DNA of 64,000 bases, taken from Escherichia phage a20. The stretch lies in the sequence record OQ067374.1; one strand, given 5' to 3'. Positions 29,533 to 38,406 of the stretch are shown piece by piece. A program made the position numbers and the translations under genes. The notes below the pieces were generated by a model. It ran no database searches and was not told the DNA's origin. It saw nothing but the letters and a program-made list of their open reading frames with translations. Each line of letters opens with the position of its first letter. Positions within the stretch are counted from its first letter, which is position 1.

Positions 29533-30527
29533 CATTCCTTAAGAAGTTTTACTACTTGAATAAGATTAGCTCGTTCTGTTTTATTTTTACCGTTTAAGCC
29601 TGCTAATCGTGAGATTTCATCGTCAGTCTGTTGAATAGTTACATTAAGTTCGTTAATCAAAGCTTCAAAGTATTTGATTTGCTCAGCATGTTTTGATTCA
29701 AATTTCTGAACCGGAATAACGTCTTGATTCAGTTCATCAATAAGGTCTTTAAGAGCATCTTCTTGGTTGATATCATATTCAACTTCTTTTATTTCTTCAA
29801 CGAGCTCGTCTTTATATCTAACGTCTTTTAGTCCTGGAGCTGGTCCTAAAATCTCTTCTTTAAGAGTACAAACATATCCAATACGATATCCAGTGCCGTC
29901 TCGCTTGATATCAACTTCGTCGATAAATCCACAATGTTTAAGACCAGAGCCGATTAGGTTAAAATATCCTTGACGTCGTCCTTCAAACGTTACACGAACT
30001 ACTAAGACGGTTTTGCCACTGACCTTTTGAAGCTCACATTTATAAAAGTCTGTTGAACCTGAATAACATGGATGAGTTTTAAAGTTCATCTGACGATCTA
30101 GACCCATTTGTAAGCGTGCTGATACGGCCATAAAACGTGTTTGGTTCTCGTTAAGATGAGCAACAATCCATTTCAAAGGCATTTTACACTGTTCACGACC
30201 GAACAAATCAGTACGTCCTAGATTACGCAGGATGTTGTTAGAGTTAATCATCGACAGAACGTTAAGTTTATTCAGCGCGCTGAAGATTCCATCAGCCATT
30301 GATTTTCCGTAACCTTTACACGCTTTAATAAGCGCTCGCGGCAGATTAGTATAGATTTCAGACGGCATATGAAAATCAAATTTACTAGTCAGTAATTGAT
30401 GAACTTGGATAGCAATTTGCTCATAATTAAGTGCTCTGCGATCATTATGGTCTTTAAACCACACTTTAATCTGTGAAGCACATAAACCGTTAATTTCATG
30501 TTTTACCGCATCAGATGTAATGCTCAT
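29532..30527 (-). CDS. hypothetical protein with C-terminal coiled coil
   Basis: 331 aa. Confidence 0.55.
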   Translation of the reverse strand: MSITSDAVKHEINGLCASQIKVWFKDHNDRRALNYEQIAIQVHQLLTSKFDFHMPSEIYTNLPRALIKACKGYGKSMADGIFSALNKLNVLSMINSNNILRNLGRTDLFGREQCKMPLKWIVAHLNENQTRFMAVSARLQMGLDRQMNFKTHPCYSGSTDFYKCELQKVSGKTVLVVRVTFEGRRQGYFNLIGSGLKHCGFIDEVDIKRDGTGYRIGYVCTLKEEILGPAPGLKDVRYKDELVEEIKEVEYDINQEDALKDLIDELNQDVIPVQKFESKHAEQIKYFEALINELNVTIQQTDDEISRLAGLNGKNKTERANLIQVVKLLKE

Positions 30528-30589
30528 AACTATTTCCTCAGATTGAATTGGAACTCAAAACCATTATAACCCGTCCTTGGGTAAAGCGT

Positions 30590-31117
30590 TTATGCGTGAA
30601 CCGTCTTTAAACGTTCTTCAAATTTCCGAAGAGTACTAATACGTTCTGCTTTCTGTTTTGTATAGTTTGCAATACGTTCTGAAGTGAGAGCGTATCGTTC
30701 GTTTACTGTTTCTTTCATGAAGTCAGGGATTTCACGAGAAGCTTTAATTTCATCAAACTTATCGAGTACTGCCTGGTCTTCAGCGATTAAATTTTCGTAC
30801 ATCTCGATATCTTTCTTGATAAACTCGATATCTTCCTGGGTTACTTTGGATAAACGAGACGCTTTATCCTTTTTGTACTGCTCGTTAGTTTCACGAGACC
30901 AGAATAATGTACGTTTTTTGTTAGTGTTTTTGTAGACTTCCACAATTCCAACTGAATCGATGATAGCAATCCAATTCCAGCGAGATTTGAAAATCTGACC
31001 TCCATCCACGGTAATCTCGTTACCATAAGCAACGTCATTAAAGAACTTGCTTTGTGCTTCAGATTTAAATTTACCGTCGTTATAATTTACCAGGTTGAAA
31101 ATATCTTTAGCGTTCAT
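30590..31117 (-). CDS. hypothetical protein
   Basis: 175 aa; GGAGGTAAAAC precedes the ATG. Confidence 0.55.
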   Translation of the reverse strand: MNAKDIFNLVNYNDGKFKSEAQSKFFNDVAYGNEITVDGGQIFKSRWNWIAIIDSVGIVEVYKNTNKKRTLFWSRETNEQYKKDKASRLSKVTQEDIEFIKKDIEMYENLIAEDQAVLDKFDEIKASREIPDFMKETVNERYALTSERIANYTKQKAERISTLRKFEERLKTVHA

Positions 31118-31144
31118 GTTTTACCTCCAGTAGTTGATAGGTCT

Positions 31145-31173
31145 ATAATAACATAACCATAGACCTTGTAAAC
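31145..31173 (-). promoter_or_regulatory. early-promoter-like element with hairpin
   Basis: Minus strand GTTTAC (plus 31168-31173), 17 bp, TATTAT (plus 31145-31150); inverted repeat AGGTCTAT/ATAGACCT spans the -10. Confidence 0.45.
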
Positions 31174-31175
31174 AA

Positions 31176-31463
31176 CTAAAAGAAACTTTTTTCGGTATTT
31201 TTTCCACTGAACCAAACAGACTTCGGTATTTTTTGTAATTTTTCAGATTTAAGTTTCTCTTCCTGTTCTTTCTTATATGCATCCTTGTCGTACTGGAACA
31301 ACTCTAGGGCATTCTTTTGTAGACGGTCTAAGGTAATTAAGGCTTTAGTTTTTCCTTTCAAGGAAGAGTCCTGGCGAACCTCCTCGCTATATTGCATCGT
31401 AGAACTAACCATACGATGAGCATACAGTTCGACTGCGGCTTTAATTTTTTGCATAAAATCCAT
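31176..31463 (-). CDS. hypothetical protein
   Basis: 95 aa ORF. Confidence 0.45.
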   Translation of the reverse strand: MDFMQKIKAAVELYAHRMVSSTMQYSEEVRQDSSLKGKTKALITLDRLQKNALELFQYDKDAYKKEQEEKLKSEKLQKIPKSVWFSGKNTEKSFF

Positions 31464-31601
31464 AACATATCCTCTTTGATTTGTACACCATTATTTTTAA
31501 ATATTTCTATGCCCTCAGTAAGTTCCTGGTGTCCTTCTTTGAGGTAAGCCATATGATTATTCATCTTTATGGCTTTTGTTACCTCAGAACTTCCTATAAG
31601 C

Positions 31602-32603
31602 TTATTTCAGTAAAGTTACTTCAGAGATTTCCTCCCAACCATCTTTATCAGTTGAAATAAAATCCGCTACATAAAGAGCCGTACGTAATGATACATTGCG
31701 AAGACGAGATACGTTAGCCTTCATCCAGGACAATGCTTTATACGTTTCTGCATCCGTCAGGCCACGTTTCTGCATCATGTCAGTAGATAATATTACATCT
31801 TCAACTCGAACCATAATCTCTTCATTAGAGTGTACTCCAAGGTCCAAATACACTGAACGAGATACTAAAGCTTGAAGGTGCGGAGCAAGTTTCGAACCGC
31901 GTTCTAACTCTTTATCGATATCAACGTTTGTAATGAAAACGATAGTACCTTCAAACTCAAATTCTTTATCAATACCCTTATCATCGAGATAAGATGACGC
32001 AGTGCTCCAACAAACTTTGCGTTTATCTCCGGTATCTAATGCTGCTTTAAGAAGGTTCAAGATGTCCATATCTGAGAATACATCAACGTCGTCGATTAAG
32101 AGAACGCTGTATGCATCACGGTTGAGCCAAAGTTGTTCGTAAAGGCCAATACCAGAGATTTTACCATTAATGCTTTTGTATTTGATGAAACCATTATCAT
32201 TAGCATTATTAAGTGCTTTATCCAGAGAATACGTCTTACCAATACCAGCTGCACCTGAAATAATGAGTGAACGAATTTTGCCATCGATAATGCCGTTCGT
32301 CATCATGTTCATTACTTTAAAGCGTTTGTTGATACGAGTTTTCATATCTTCAGTGCTTTCAACAACTGCAACTGGTGATGTCTCAACTCCTTCCATTACG
32401 ATGTCTGATTTGAAGACCCATACTCCACGTTCAGAACCATCAATCATAACGAAAATTTTACCATCACCTAAGTGGGAACATTCAGGATTAAGCTTTGCCG
32501 GGAACCAGGTCTTTGTGGCAACATAAGAACCAGAGATTTCGTTATTACGATAGATACCTTTTTTGATTTGAACGTTGAACATTTTATTCTCCAATTTACT
32601 CAT
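31602..32603 (-). CDS. AAA-type P-loop ATPase
   Basis: 333 aa; Walker A GAAGIGKT and Walker B LLIDDVD. Confidence 0.6.
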   Translation of the reverse strand: MSKLENKMFNVQIKKGIYRNNEISGSYVATKTWFPAKLNPECSHLGDGKIFVMIDGSERGVWVFKSDIVMEGVETSPVAVVESTEDMKTRINKRFKVMNMMTNGIIDGKIRSLIISGAAGIGKTYSLDKALNNANDNGFIKYKSINGKISGIGLYEQLWLNRDAYSVLLIDDVDVFSDMDILNLLKAALDTGDKRKVCWSTASSYLDDKGIDKEFEFEGTIVFITNVDIDKELERGSKLAPHLQALVSRSVYLDLGVHSNEEIMVRVEDVILSTDMMQKRGLTDAETYKALSWMKANVSRLRNVSLRTALYVADFISTDKDGWEEISEVTLLK

Positions 32604-32620
32604 TTCGTTTCGATAGGTCT

Positions 32621-32649
32621 ATAATAACATATCCTAAAAGCATGTACAC
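32621..32649 (-). promoter_or_regulatory. promoter-like element (possible MotA-type)
   Basis: Minus strand GTGTAC...ATGCTTTTA (MotA-box-like) and TATTAT (plus 32621-32626) upstream of the ATPase gene. Confidence 0.35.
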
Positions 32650-32670
32650 TACTTTTTTAAATATTTTAAC

Positions 32671-32694
32671 CCCCTAAAGGGACCCGAAGGTCCC
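32671..32694 (-). terminator. terminator-like hairpin
   Basis: GGGACC-CGAA-GGTCCC (plus 32679-32694), tetraloop hairpin just downstream of the 32700..32966 gene; weak U-tract. Confidence 0.35.
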
Positions 32695-32699
32695 CACAT

Positions 32700-32966
32700 T
32701 TACTTATCGCACTTAGCAACATAATTAGGCATATCACAGAATACAGAGCGAGTAACTACTCGGCCCTTTGACCATGCTTCAGTTGCTTGTCCGGCCGTGC
32801 TATTAATATAGCTTGATTTAATGTTCTCAATACCCTGAGAATGTGATGCATTTACCGAACCGTTGGAAGGCCCAGAAGACTGGTTACCACCAGCTCCTGC
32901 ACCTGTGGTAGCACCAACAGAGAATGCCATCATTACTGCGAATAAACCAATTACTAATTTTTTCAT
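32700..32966 (-). CDS. small secreted protein (signal peptide)
   Basis: 88 aa; hydrophobic N-terminus MKKLVIGLFAVMMAFSVGA, Gly/Ser-rich middle, C-terminal Cys pair. Confidence 0.55.
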   Translation of the reverse strand: MKKLVIGLFAVMMAFSVGATTGAGAGGNQSSGPSNGSVNASHSQGIENIKSSYINSTAGQATEAWSKGRVVTRSVFCDMPNYVAKCDK

Positions 32967-32997
32967 ATTTACCTCAAGTTAAGGGTTATTTATCTAT

Positions 32998-33984
32998 TTA
33001 TTTATAGTAAGAATTATGATTTTCGAGATAGACTTGCTCAAGGAAATCATCCCAGAAACTCATATCTACTTTTTGTTGCATACCGTTCTTAGCGGCTTGT
33101 TCCGATGCTTGTTCAACTTGGTCAACGATATCTTCTAGGAATTCTTGTACAGTTTTAAACGTATGTTTACCAAGCTTAACATCGAGAATAAATGGAGCAT
33201 CCTGAAGTGGGTAAACTAAGTCGCCGGTTTTGTAAATTTCCAATAGTTGAAGTCCACCACGACATGCATGACTCAATGCTTTCCAGTCAATACCTTCGTT
33301 GGCTTCCGCCTTACGAGCACGTTCACCGTAGTTCTCTTCCAGTTTAACCAGGATGGCATTGAACTCTTTATTGGTTAACGTATCTTGGAATTTACGGTCT
33401 AACAGATTATAGAATGTTTGCTTACCTGTTTTCTCGTTTTCGGTTTCAACCCACGAAGCAAATTCACCTATAGGCAGAACATTCTTCATATGTGATAAAC
33501 GAATTACTGCACCATTATCAAAGTATTGTCCCCATTCATTAGAACGTTTAAGGGCTTGACGAAGAACAGCCAGTCGAGAACCCTTGACACCGTATTTAGA
33601 AGCTTGCTTACGGACATACCCTAAATAAGATTTCATGTTAGTGGTATAGAAACGAGACCTGTTATCTTGAATATACTTCCATACATCAGGCAAATCAGAT
33701 TTAACTACTAGACTTTGTGGAGTGTGAAGCATATCTAATGCGACGGTTTCACCATCTGCAGCTAGTTTAAAGAAATATTTGAGACTATATAACTCATGGT
33801 CTACGTCGTCTTTTGTGTTCTTAGAAGATGTGTTATTCGTGTTCTTGCTCATGTGTTCTTTAACGTTACCGGTCAAGATATCACGAGCATGAGGGACATA
33901 AATTTCTTTAAAATCAACGTCAGATTCAGGGGTAGACGTTCCATAAAGGTGGCTACCAAAGTAAGCCTTAACAATCGTTTTCAT
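32998..33984 (-). CDS. Pol-beta-superfamily nucleotidyltransferase-like protein
   Basis: 328 aa; N-terminal GSHLYGTSTPESDVDF fits the GS-x(9-13)-DxD nucleotidyltransferase signature. Confidence 0.5.
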   Translation of the reverse strand: MKTIVKAYFGSHLYGTSTPESDVDFKEIYVPHARDILTGNVKEHMSKNTNNTSSKNTKDDVDHELYSLKYFFKLAADGETVALDMLHTPQSLVVKSDLPDVWKYIQDNRSRFYTTNMKSYLGYVRKQASKYGVKGSRLAVLRQALKRSNEWGQYFDNGAVIRLSHMKNVLPIGEFASWVETENEKTGKQTFYNLLDRKFQDTLTNKEFNAILVKLEENYGERARKAEANEGIDWKALSHACRGGLQLLEIYKTGDLVYPLQDAPFILDVKLGKHTFKTVQEFLEDIVDQVEQASEQAAKNGMQQKVDMSFWDDFLEQVYLENHNSYYK

Positions 33985-34750
33985 TATTCACTTTCCTTTC
34001 ATAATCTTCAATGAACTGTAATATTAAGCGTTGGTAATTTGATTTAGGATAACCCATTTTACTAATATGGGTTCCGAAAGCCCCACGCTTAGGTCGATTC
34101 AATTTAATCCAAAGTTCGTAAAGCATATCATAATCTTCCCAGTGTTTACCAGTTCGTTGTCTAGCTTTAGACGCTTCAGACTGTCTCTTTTTAGTTTCTG
34201 GATTATCTAGGGCCTTTTTAACAGCTCTTGAATGCCGTTCTTTAACATCATCTCTCTTAAAGGCCTCTTTGATAGCAGTAGATATTTTTGCTTTAACTTC
34301 AGGTCTATTCTGTGCCTCTATTTGAGAATCTGACATTTTAGCCTTTATCTCAGGGAGGCTCATGGTCGCTGAACGCTTATCACGATATTCTTGTGATTCC
34401 CATATATCTTTCATTCTATTAGAGTGAATTTCTGAAAACTTTTCCCTTACGTCTTTATAGCCTCTTGAGGTTAATTTAAGATTTCGTCCTAAAGCATCTT
34501 CGCCTAAATTATAGAACGCCCAGTAAGCGTAAATCAATCCTTCAGAGTTTGGGTGAATTTTTGATAATAACCAATGAGCGATAAAATGTTCCCTGGCAGT
34601 CAATAAAACTTTATTACTCGGGTCATCACTCCCTCCAATACATGAAGGGATTATGTGATGGGATTCAGTATAATAATTCAACTCAGACTTATCACTGCCT
34701 CTAAGTTTTCCTCGTTGAATTATTGCATCATAACATTTGATATAATTCAT
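33968..34750 (-). CDS. HNH homing endonuclease (mob-like), paralog of 14531..15247
   Basis: 260 aa; N-terminal ...YTESHHIIPSCIGGSDD...REHFIAH parallels the plus-strand HNH gene. Confidence 0.75.
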   Translation of the reverse strand: MNYIKCYDAIIQRGKLRGSDKSELNYYTESHHIIPSCIGGSDDPSNKVLLTAREHFIAHWLLSKIHPNSEGLIYAYWAFYNLGEDALGRNLKLTSRGYKDVREKFSEIHSNRMKDIWESQEYRDKRSATMSLPEIKAKMSDSQIEAQNRPEVKAKISTAIKEAFKRDDVKERHSRAVKKALDNPETKKRQSEASKARQRTGKHWEDYDMLYELWIKLNRPKRGAFGTHISKMGYPKSNYQRLILQFIEDYERKVNNENDC

Positions 34751-35223
34751 TTGCCTGGCTTGTATTCAAGAGTAGGACACACTTTAGCTTTACGAGCTTT
34801 TAAAAATTCAACGATAATCGATTTCTTACGTTCAATAGGCTCAAGTCCATTTTTAATTCGTTCTTGGTTTTGTGCAATGAGCTCAATTTCTTTATAATAT
34901 TTTCTGTCGTTATATTTGTCTAACAACCAAGACGGACCAATTACCAACCCGGTAGCAATAAAAGCCATGACTGCTACCATTAAAATGCCTACACCAATTG
35001 AAGCCAGAACTAATGTCCATAGACTGCTAAAAACAAAGAATTTAGTTAAAATTTCCTGGCCAATGATTGTGACTGCTGCTAAAATCGCAAATCCAATAAT
35101 TGAAGCAGCCAATACCGGGAGAAACGTTTTCCAAAAATAAGCACACAACGTTTTCGGACGATTCCATGTACTATTGAACGCGGCATAAATTTTAAAATGC
35201 CAAGAGTTTTCATTGATAATCAT
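34747..35223 (-). CDS. membrane protein
   Basis: 158 aa with multiple hydrophobic helices. Confidence 0.5.
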   Translation of the reverse strand: MIINENSWHFKIYAAFNSTWNRPKTLCAYFWKTFLPVLAASIIGFAILAAVTIIGQEILTKFFVFSSLWTLVLASIGVGILMVAVMAFIATGLVIGPSWLLDKYNDRKYYKEIELIAQNQERIKNGLEPIERKKSIIVEFLKARKAKVCPTLEYKPGK

Positions 35224-35232
35224 AATAATTCC

Positions 35233-35775
35233 TTATTTCAAAGTTGGGATAATAGAATCGAGATAAGCTTTAAGAGCAACTGCTTCATCTTTGTCTAATG
35301 TAATGATATGTTGACGAAGGTCATCAATTTGGCGAATAACTACGACATCACCGTCTTCATAAGAAGGATTAACTCCCAGGACTGTTGTATAGTCAGGGCG
35401 ATCCTGATTTGTAATAAAAGCATTACGGCATTTAGCCCATTGAAGTTTGGCCTTTTTGGCTGTTTCAGATTCCATGAATTCTTTCACCTTAGTGACAAAT
35501 GTTTTCCAATTATTAATAGAAAAACATTCATCTTCGGTTTCGATATTAACCCCACTATAAAGTCCGTGATAAAAACGAACTTGAAGGTCTTCGTCAATGT
35601 TAATTACAGATGCATGACCTGGTGGATTGAGTTTCAAAATCTTGTCTAGTTCCATAGGAAGAATAGTAACAACATCATCTTCTTGCGTCAGAACGTACGC
35701 ATAACCACGTTTTTCGATACATAAATCACCAAACAACTCAGTCGTTTCAATTACAGTTTTCATATTATTCACCAA
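35233..35775 (-). CDS. hypothetical protein
   Basis: 180 aa ORF. Confidence 0.55.
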   Translation of the reverse strand: MVNNMKTVIETTELFGDLCIEKRGYAYVLTQEDDVVTILPMELDKILKLNPPGHASVINIDEDLQVRFYHGLYSGVNIETEDECFSINNWKTFVTKVKEFMESETAKKAKLQWAKCRNAFITNQDRPDYTTVLGVNPSYEDGDVVVIRQIDDLRQHIITLDKDEAVALKAYLDSIIPTLK

Positions 35776-35999
35776 TTAAAGTTTCAACAAAATTCACCAA
35801 ATCATTCTGACGAGCATCAACCTGATTTCTATAAAAATTAAATAAGATCCATTTCACAGGTCATTTTACCATACTCGCTTCAATAAGATTCATTACACCA
35901 TTTACCATGTTATACGTAAACATCGGATAATTGTATTGTACTACAACATAAGCGATAAGCAAAAGTTTCATTTTGTTCTCCATTTGTTTTGGTAGGACT

Positions 36000-36029
36000 A
36001 CTATAACATAGTCCTACCAAGTTGTAAAC
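36000..36029 (-). promoter_or_regulatory. early-promoter-like cassette with hairpin
   Basis: Minus strand GTTTAC (plus 36024-36029), 18 bp, TATAGT (plus 36000-36005); inverted repeat TAGGACTA/TAGTCCTA flanks the -10. Confidence 0.45.
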
Positions 36030-36235
36030 TACCGATTGTGTTTTAAATGTTGATAAAGTTCTTCAACTTGTTTAGGGTCCAAAACAATTAAGTCATTTTC
36101 TTGACGAAGATAAATCCATCCCTTATCCCCAGGGCCATTTTTACAAAACATCGCCACCATATCATCATCTTCAGCGCTTTCAGGTAAAAGTTCAAGTACA
36201 CCGTCTTCAGATTTTCCAGTATAATCGTAAAGCAT
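36029..36235 (-). CDS. hypothetical acidic protein
   Basis: Track ORF 36029..36286 shortened to the internal ATG at 36235, which has GAGGA upstream. Confidence 0.45.
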   Translation of the reverse strand: MLYDYTGKSEDGVLELLPESAEDDDMVAMFCKNGPGDKGWIYLRQENDLIVLDPKQVEELYQHLKHNR

Positions 36236-36242
36236 AATATCC

Positions 36243-36422
36243 TCACATAATCTCGTTAACATACATTTGCAATTCGGTGTGGGCATCAGCCATCTTTTTC
36301 ATAGCTCTGTTAATGTCGATGTCTCCATCTTCGCAACCATGAGCATTTTCCCAATCAGATACCGCATTAGCGTACTCTTCAATCAAAAACATTAACTTAG
36401 AAATTTTTTCTTTACGTGTCAT
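36243..36422 (-). CDS. hypothetical small protein
   Basis: Track ORF 36243..36509 starts at TTG inside the duplicated segment; the likely start is ATG at 36422 (MTRKEKISK...) with GAGGAG upstream. Confidence 0.5.
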   Translation of the reverse strand: MTRKEKISKLMFLIEEYANAVSDWENAHGCEDGDIDINRAMKKMADAHTELQMYVNEIM

Positions 36423-36449
36423 AACGTTCTCCTCTAGTAAGTAAGGTTT

Positions 36450-36478
36450 ACTATAACACAACCTGAGGAGAAGTAAAC
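36450..36478 (-). promoter_or_regulatory. early-promoter-like cassette (copy 1)
   Basis: Minus strand GTTTAC (plus 36473-36478), 17 bp, TATAGT (plus 36450-36455); inverted repeat TTCTCCTC/GAGGAGAA pairs the SD with a spacer segment. Confidence 0.5.
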
Positions 36479-36576
36479 TGATAGATGCCAAAAAGCCCCT
36501 ACTCTTCAATCAAAAACATTAACTTAGAAATTTTTTCTTTACGTGTCATAACGTTCTCCTCTAGTAAGTAAGGTTT

Positions 36577-36605
36577 ACTATAACACAACCTGAGGAGAAG
36601 TAAAC
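36577..36605 (-). promoter_or_regulatory. early-promoter-like cassette (copy 2, within the tandem duplication)
   Basis: Identical to copy 1, shifted by 127 bp; would drive a truncated 16-codon ORF and read into copy 1. Confidence 0.45.
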
Positions 36606-36613
36606 TGATAGAT

Positions 36614-36644
36614 GCCAAAAAGCCCCAACCTTTCGGAAGGGGCT
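36614..36644 (-). terminator. rho-independent terminator
   Basis: Hairpin AGCCCC-AACCTTTCGGAA-GGGGCT (plus 36621-36644) followed on the minus strand by TTTTTGGCAT; downstream of the 36651..36953 gene. Confidence 0.55.
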
Positions 36645-36650
36645 AGTAAA

Positions 36651-36953
36651 TTAGATAGATGTAGGCTCTAATTTTATTTTCATGAACTCGGCAAATTGTC
36701 TGGCAGTTTTTATGCCTTGTTCGTGACATTCAAATGCATCATCACAGGGGCTATTTTTGTAATGCTTTGCCATATACTTATAGAATTTTTCAGAATTCTC
36801 GACATTTTGAATTTCAAACAAAGTATATACGTTTTTAATCCCTGATTCCATAAAGTTATCAAAATATGGGTCGATATATGCAGTACCAACGATAGGAGTT
36901 GTTGCTGCAAAAAACCCCAGCATCGCCATGACAGCTATCGCTCTTAAGGCCAT
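36651..36953 (-). CDS. small secreted protein (signal peptide)
   Basis: 100 aa; N-terminus MALRAIAVMAMLGFFAATTPIVGTA. Confidence 0.55.
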   Translation of the reverse strand: MALRAIAVMAMLGFFAATTPIVGTAYIDPYFDNFMESGIKNVYTLFEIQNVENSEKFYKYMAKHYKNSPCDDAFECHEQGIKTARQFAEFMKIKLEPTSI

Positions 36954-36965
36954 ATAGGCCTCCTG

Positions 36966-37178
36966 TTAATTTTGGCCAGTATTTATTTTTCGCCTTTGGA
37001 CGGCCTTAACATCTGTGAGGTATTTTTCCAGCTTGCGCTTGCGTGTATAATCAGCTTTAGAACCAGTTTGACGGATATCCTCGTTTAAATGAGAAATAGA
37101 ATGTCCTAATTCTCTTCGGATTTCATCCAATTGGGTTACAGTAAGATTACGAAGTTGTCTTTCGTTTAATTGCTGCAT
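36966..37178 (-). CDS. hypothetical basic protein
   Basis: 70 aa ORF. Confidence 0.45.
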   Translation of the reverse strand: MQQLNERQLRNLTVTQLDEIRRELGHSISHLNEDIRQTGSKADYTRKRKLEKYLTDVKAVQRRKINTGQN

Positions 37179-37205
37179 ATATACCTCTTGGTTAGATATT
37201 AGTAT

Positions 37206-37787
37206 TTATAACAATCCTGTCAAATCATTCCAATGCTTCCGGCATAATGACACATATCTATCAGTATCACCAATTTCAATTTGACTGCCATCTGTAATTG
37301 GAAGTCCGTCTTCCGTGACTCTAGCTACCATTGTGGCCTTTTTACCACAATGACAGACACCTTTAAGTTCAACAAGCTTATCGGCAATAGCCATTAATGC
37401 TTGAGAACCTTCAAATAGATTACCTTTAAAATCTGTTCGTAGTCCATATGCCATTACCGGCACATTGTATACGTCAACAATACGACTAAGTTGATACACC
37501 TTTTCAGTAGTTAAGAACTGAGCTTCGTCAACAAATACGCAGTGAATATCCTTTTGTGCTGCAGCCCATTTATAGAATTCAAAGATATCCATGTCTTTTG
37601 TAATTATATTGGCATCTTGACGAATACCAATACGGGAGACTATTTCACCCTTTGAATCACGAGTATCAATAGCCGGTTTAAGAACTAATACACCCATGCC
37701 ACGTTCTTTATAGTTATGTGCGGCAGTAAGTAATGAAGCAGACTTACCAGCGTTCATAGCGGCATAGGTAAAAATTAAACTAGCCAT
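37206..37787 (-). CDS. tk: thymidine kinase
   Basis: 193 aa; P-loop AAMNAGKS and C-terminal Zn-binding cysteines. Confidence 0.9.
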   Translation of the reverse strand: MASLIFTYAAMNAGKSASLLTAAHNYKERGMGVLVLKPAIDTRDSKGEIVSRIGIRQDANIITKDMDIFEFYKWAAAQKDIHCVFVDEAQFLTTEKVYQLSRIVDVYNVPVMAYGLRTDFKGNLFEGSQALMAIADKLVELKGVCHCGKKATMVARVTEDGLPITDGSQIEIGDTDRYVSLCRKHWNDLTGLL

Positions 37788-37796
37788 AAGAGTCCT

Positions 37797-37979
37797 TTAT
37801 AGTGAATTCACGTAGTCAATGAGTTCTTGTTCTTTCCTGTCAAATGATTCCATCAATGCGTGATATTCTTCATCTGTTAAAGGAGCATATTCATCGTACG
37901 CATTGGTGGCTGCTTGCTCATCCAATAGGTCATGGATAAGTTCGAACAGTTTAGCTTTCTCTTCTTTAGTTAATTTCAT
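37797..37979 (-). CDS. hypothetical acidic protein
   Basis: 60 aa ORF. Confidence 0.4.
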   Translation of the reverse strand: MKLTKEEKAKLFELIHDLLDEQAATNAYDEYAPLTDEEYHALMESFDRKEQELIDYVNSL

Positions 37980-38203
37980 TTAGGTTCACCTTCTTTAACG
38001 AAATCTGGGTAAGGGTAAAATCCTGAGTAAAACCCTTCACCTTTATGATTGCTACAACCTTTGTTTGAACAGTAACACCAATAATCAAAATCACAGGCCA
38101 TTTCGTCATTGCATAGAGCAAATACTACAGGCCATTCACACTTTTCGCATTTAGCGCCTTTAATAATTTTTGTTTGACTCATAACCATTTGACCTGCATG
38201 CAA
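37976..38203 (-). CDS. hypothetical Cys-rich protein
   Basis: 75 aa with about 10 Cys; start may be an internal Met (about 38182). Confidence 0.45.
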   Translation of the reverse strand: MHAGQMVMSQTKIIKGAKCEKCEWPVVFALCNDEMACDFDYWCYCSNKGCSNHKGEGFYSGFYPYPDFVKEGEPK

Positions 38204-38406
38204 TATTCTTCGACATGCTTTTTACGACCTTTCTTATCAATAAAGGTATATTCCATAAAGCGTCCATGATAACGACGTTCAACATCGTGAGGGGTGTTAA
38301 TAGGACACTTAGTCTGACGAATTTCTTCCCATTCACGAATAATAACTGCTTTATTCTTTGGGTCATACGGGTGAGGATAATGCACATTCATAACAATGGT
38401 TCCCAA
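38179..38406 (-). CDS. hypothetical protein
   Basis: 75 aa; preferred over the overlapping alternative frame 38160..38387 because it abuts neighbours without large overlap; likely starts at the internal Met. Confidence 0.4.
   Translation of the reverse strand: MGTIVMNVHYPHPYDPKNKAVIIREWEEIRQTKCPINTPHDVERRYHGRFMEYTFIDKKGRKKHVEEYCMQVKWL

Larger units (their letters stand above)
36373..36626. repeat. perfect 127-bp tandem duplication (two copies: 36373-36499 and 36500-36626)
   Basis: Unit runs from the first ~16 codons of the 36422 gene through its SD and promoter to the left half of the upstream terminator hairpin; both copies identical by eye. Confidence 0.85.

Noticed and set aside
36373-36626. 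Tandem repeat considered as a possible CRISPR-like array
   Set aside because: Only two copies, 127-bp unit with no spacers, and the unit is a promoter/gene-start cassette.
38160-38387. Alternative minus-strand frame overlapping 38179..38406
   Set aside because: Two frames compete for the same DNA; kept the one that abuts its neighbours, but this choice is uncertain.
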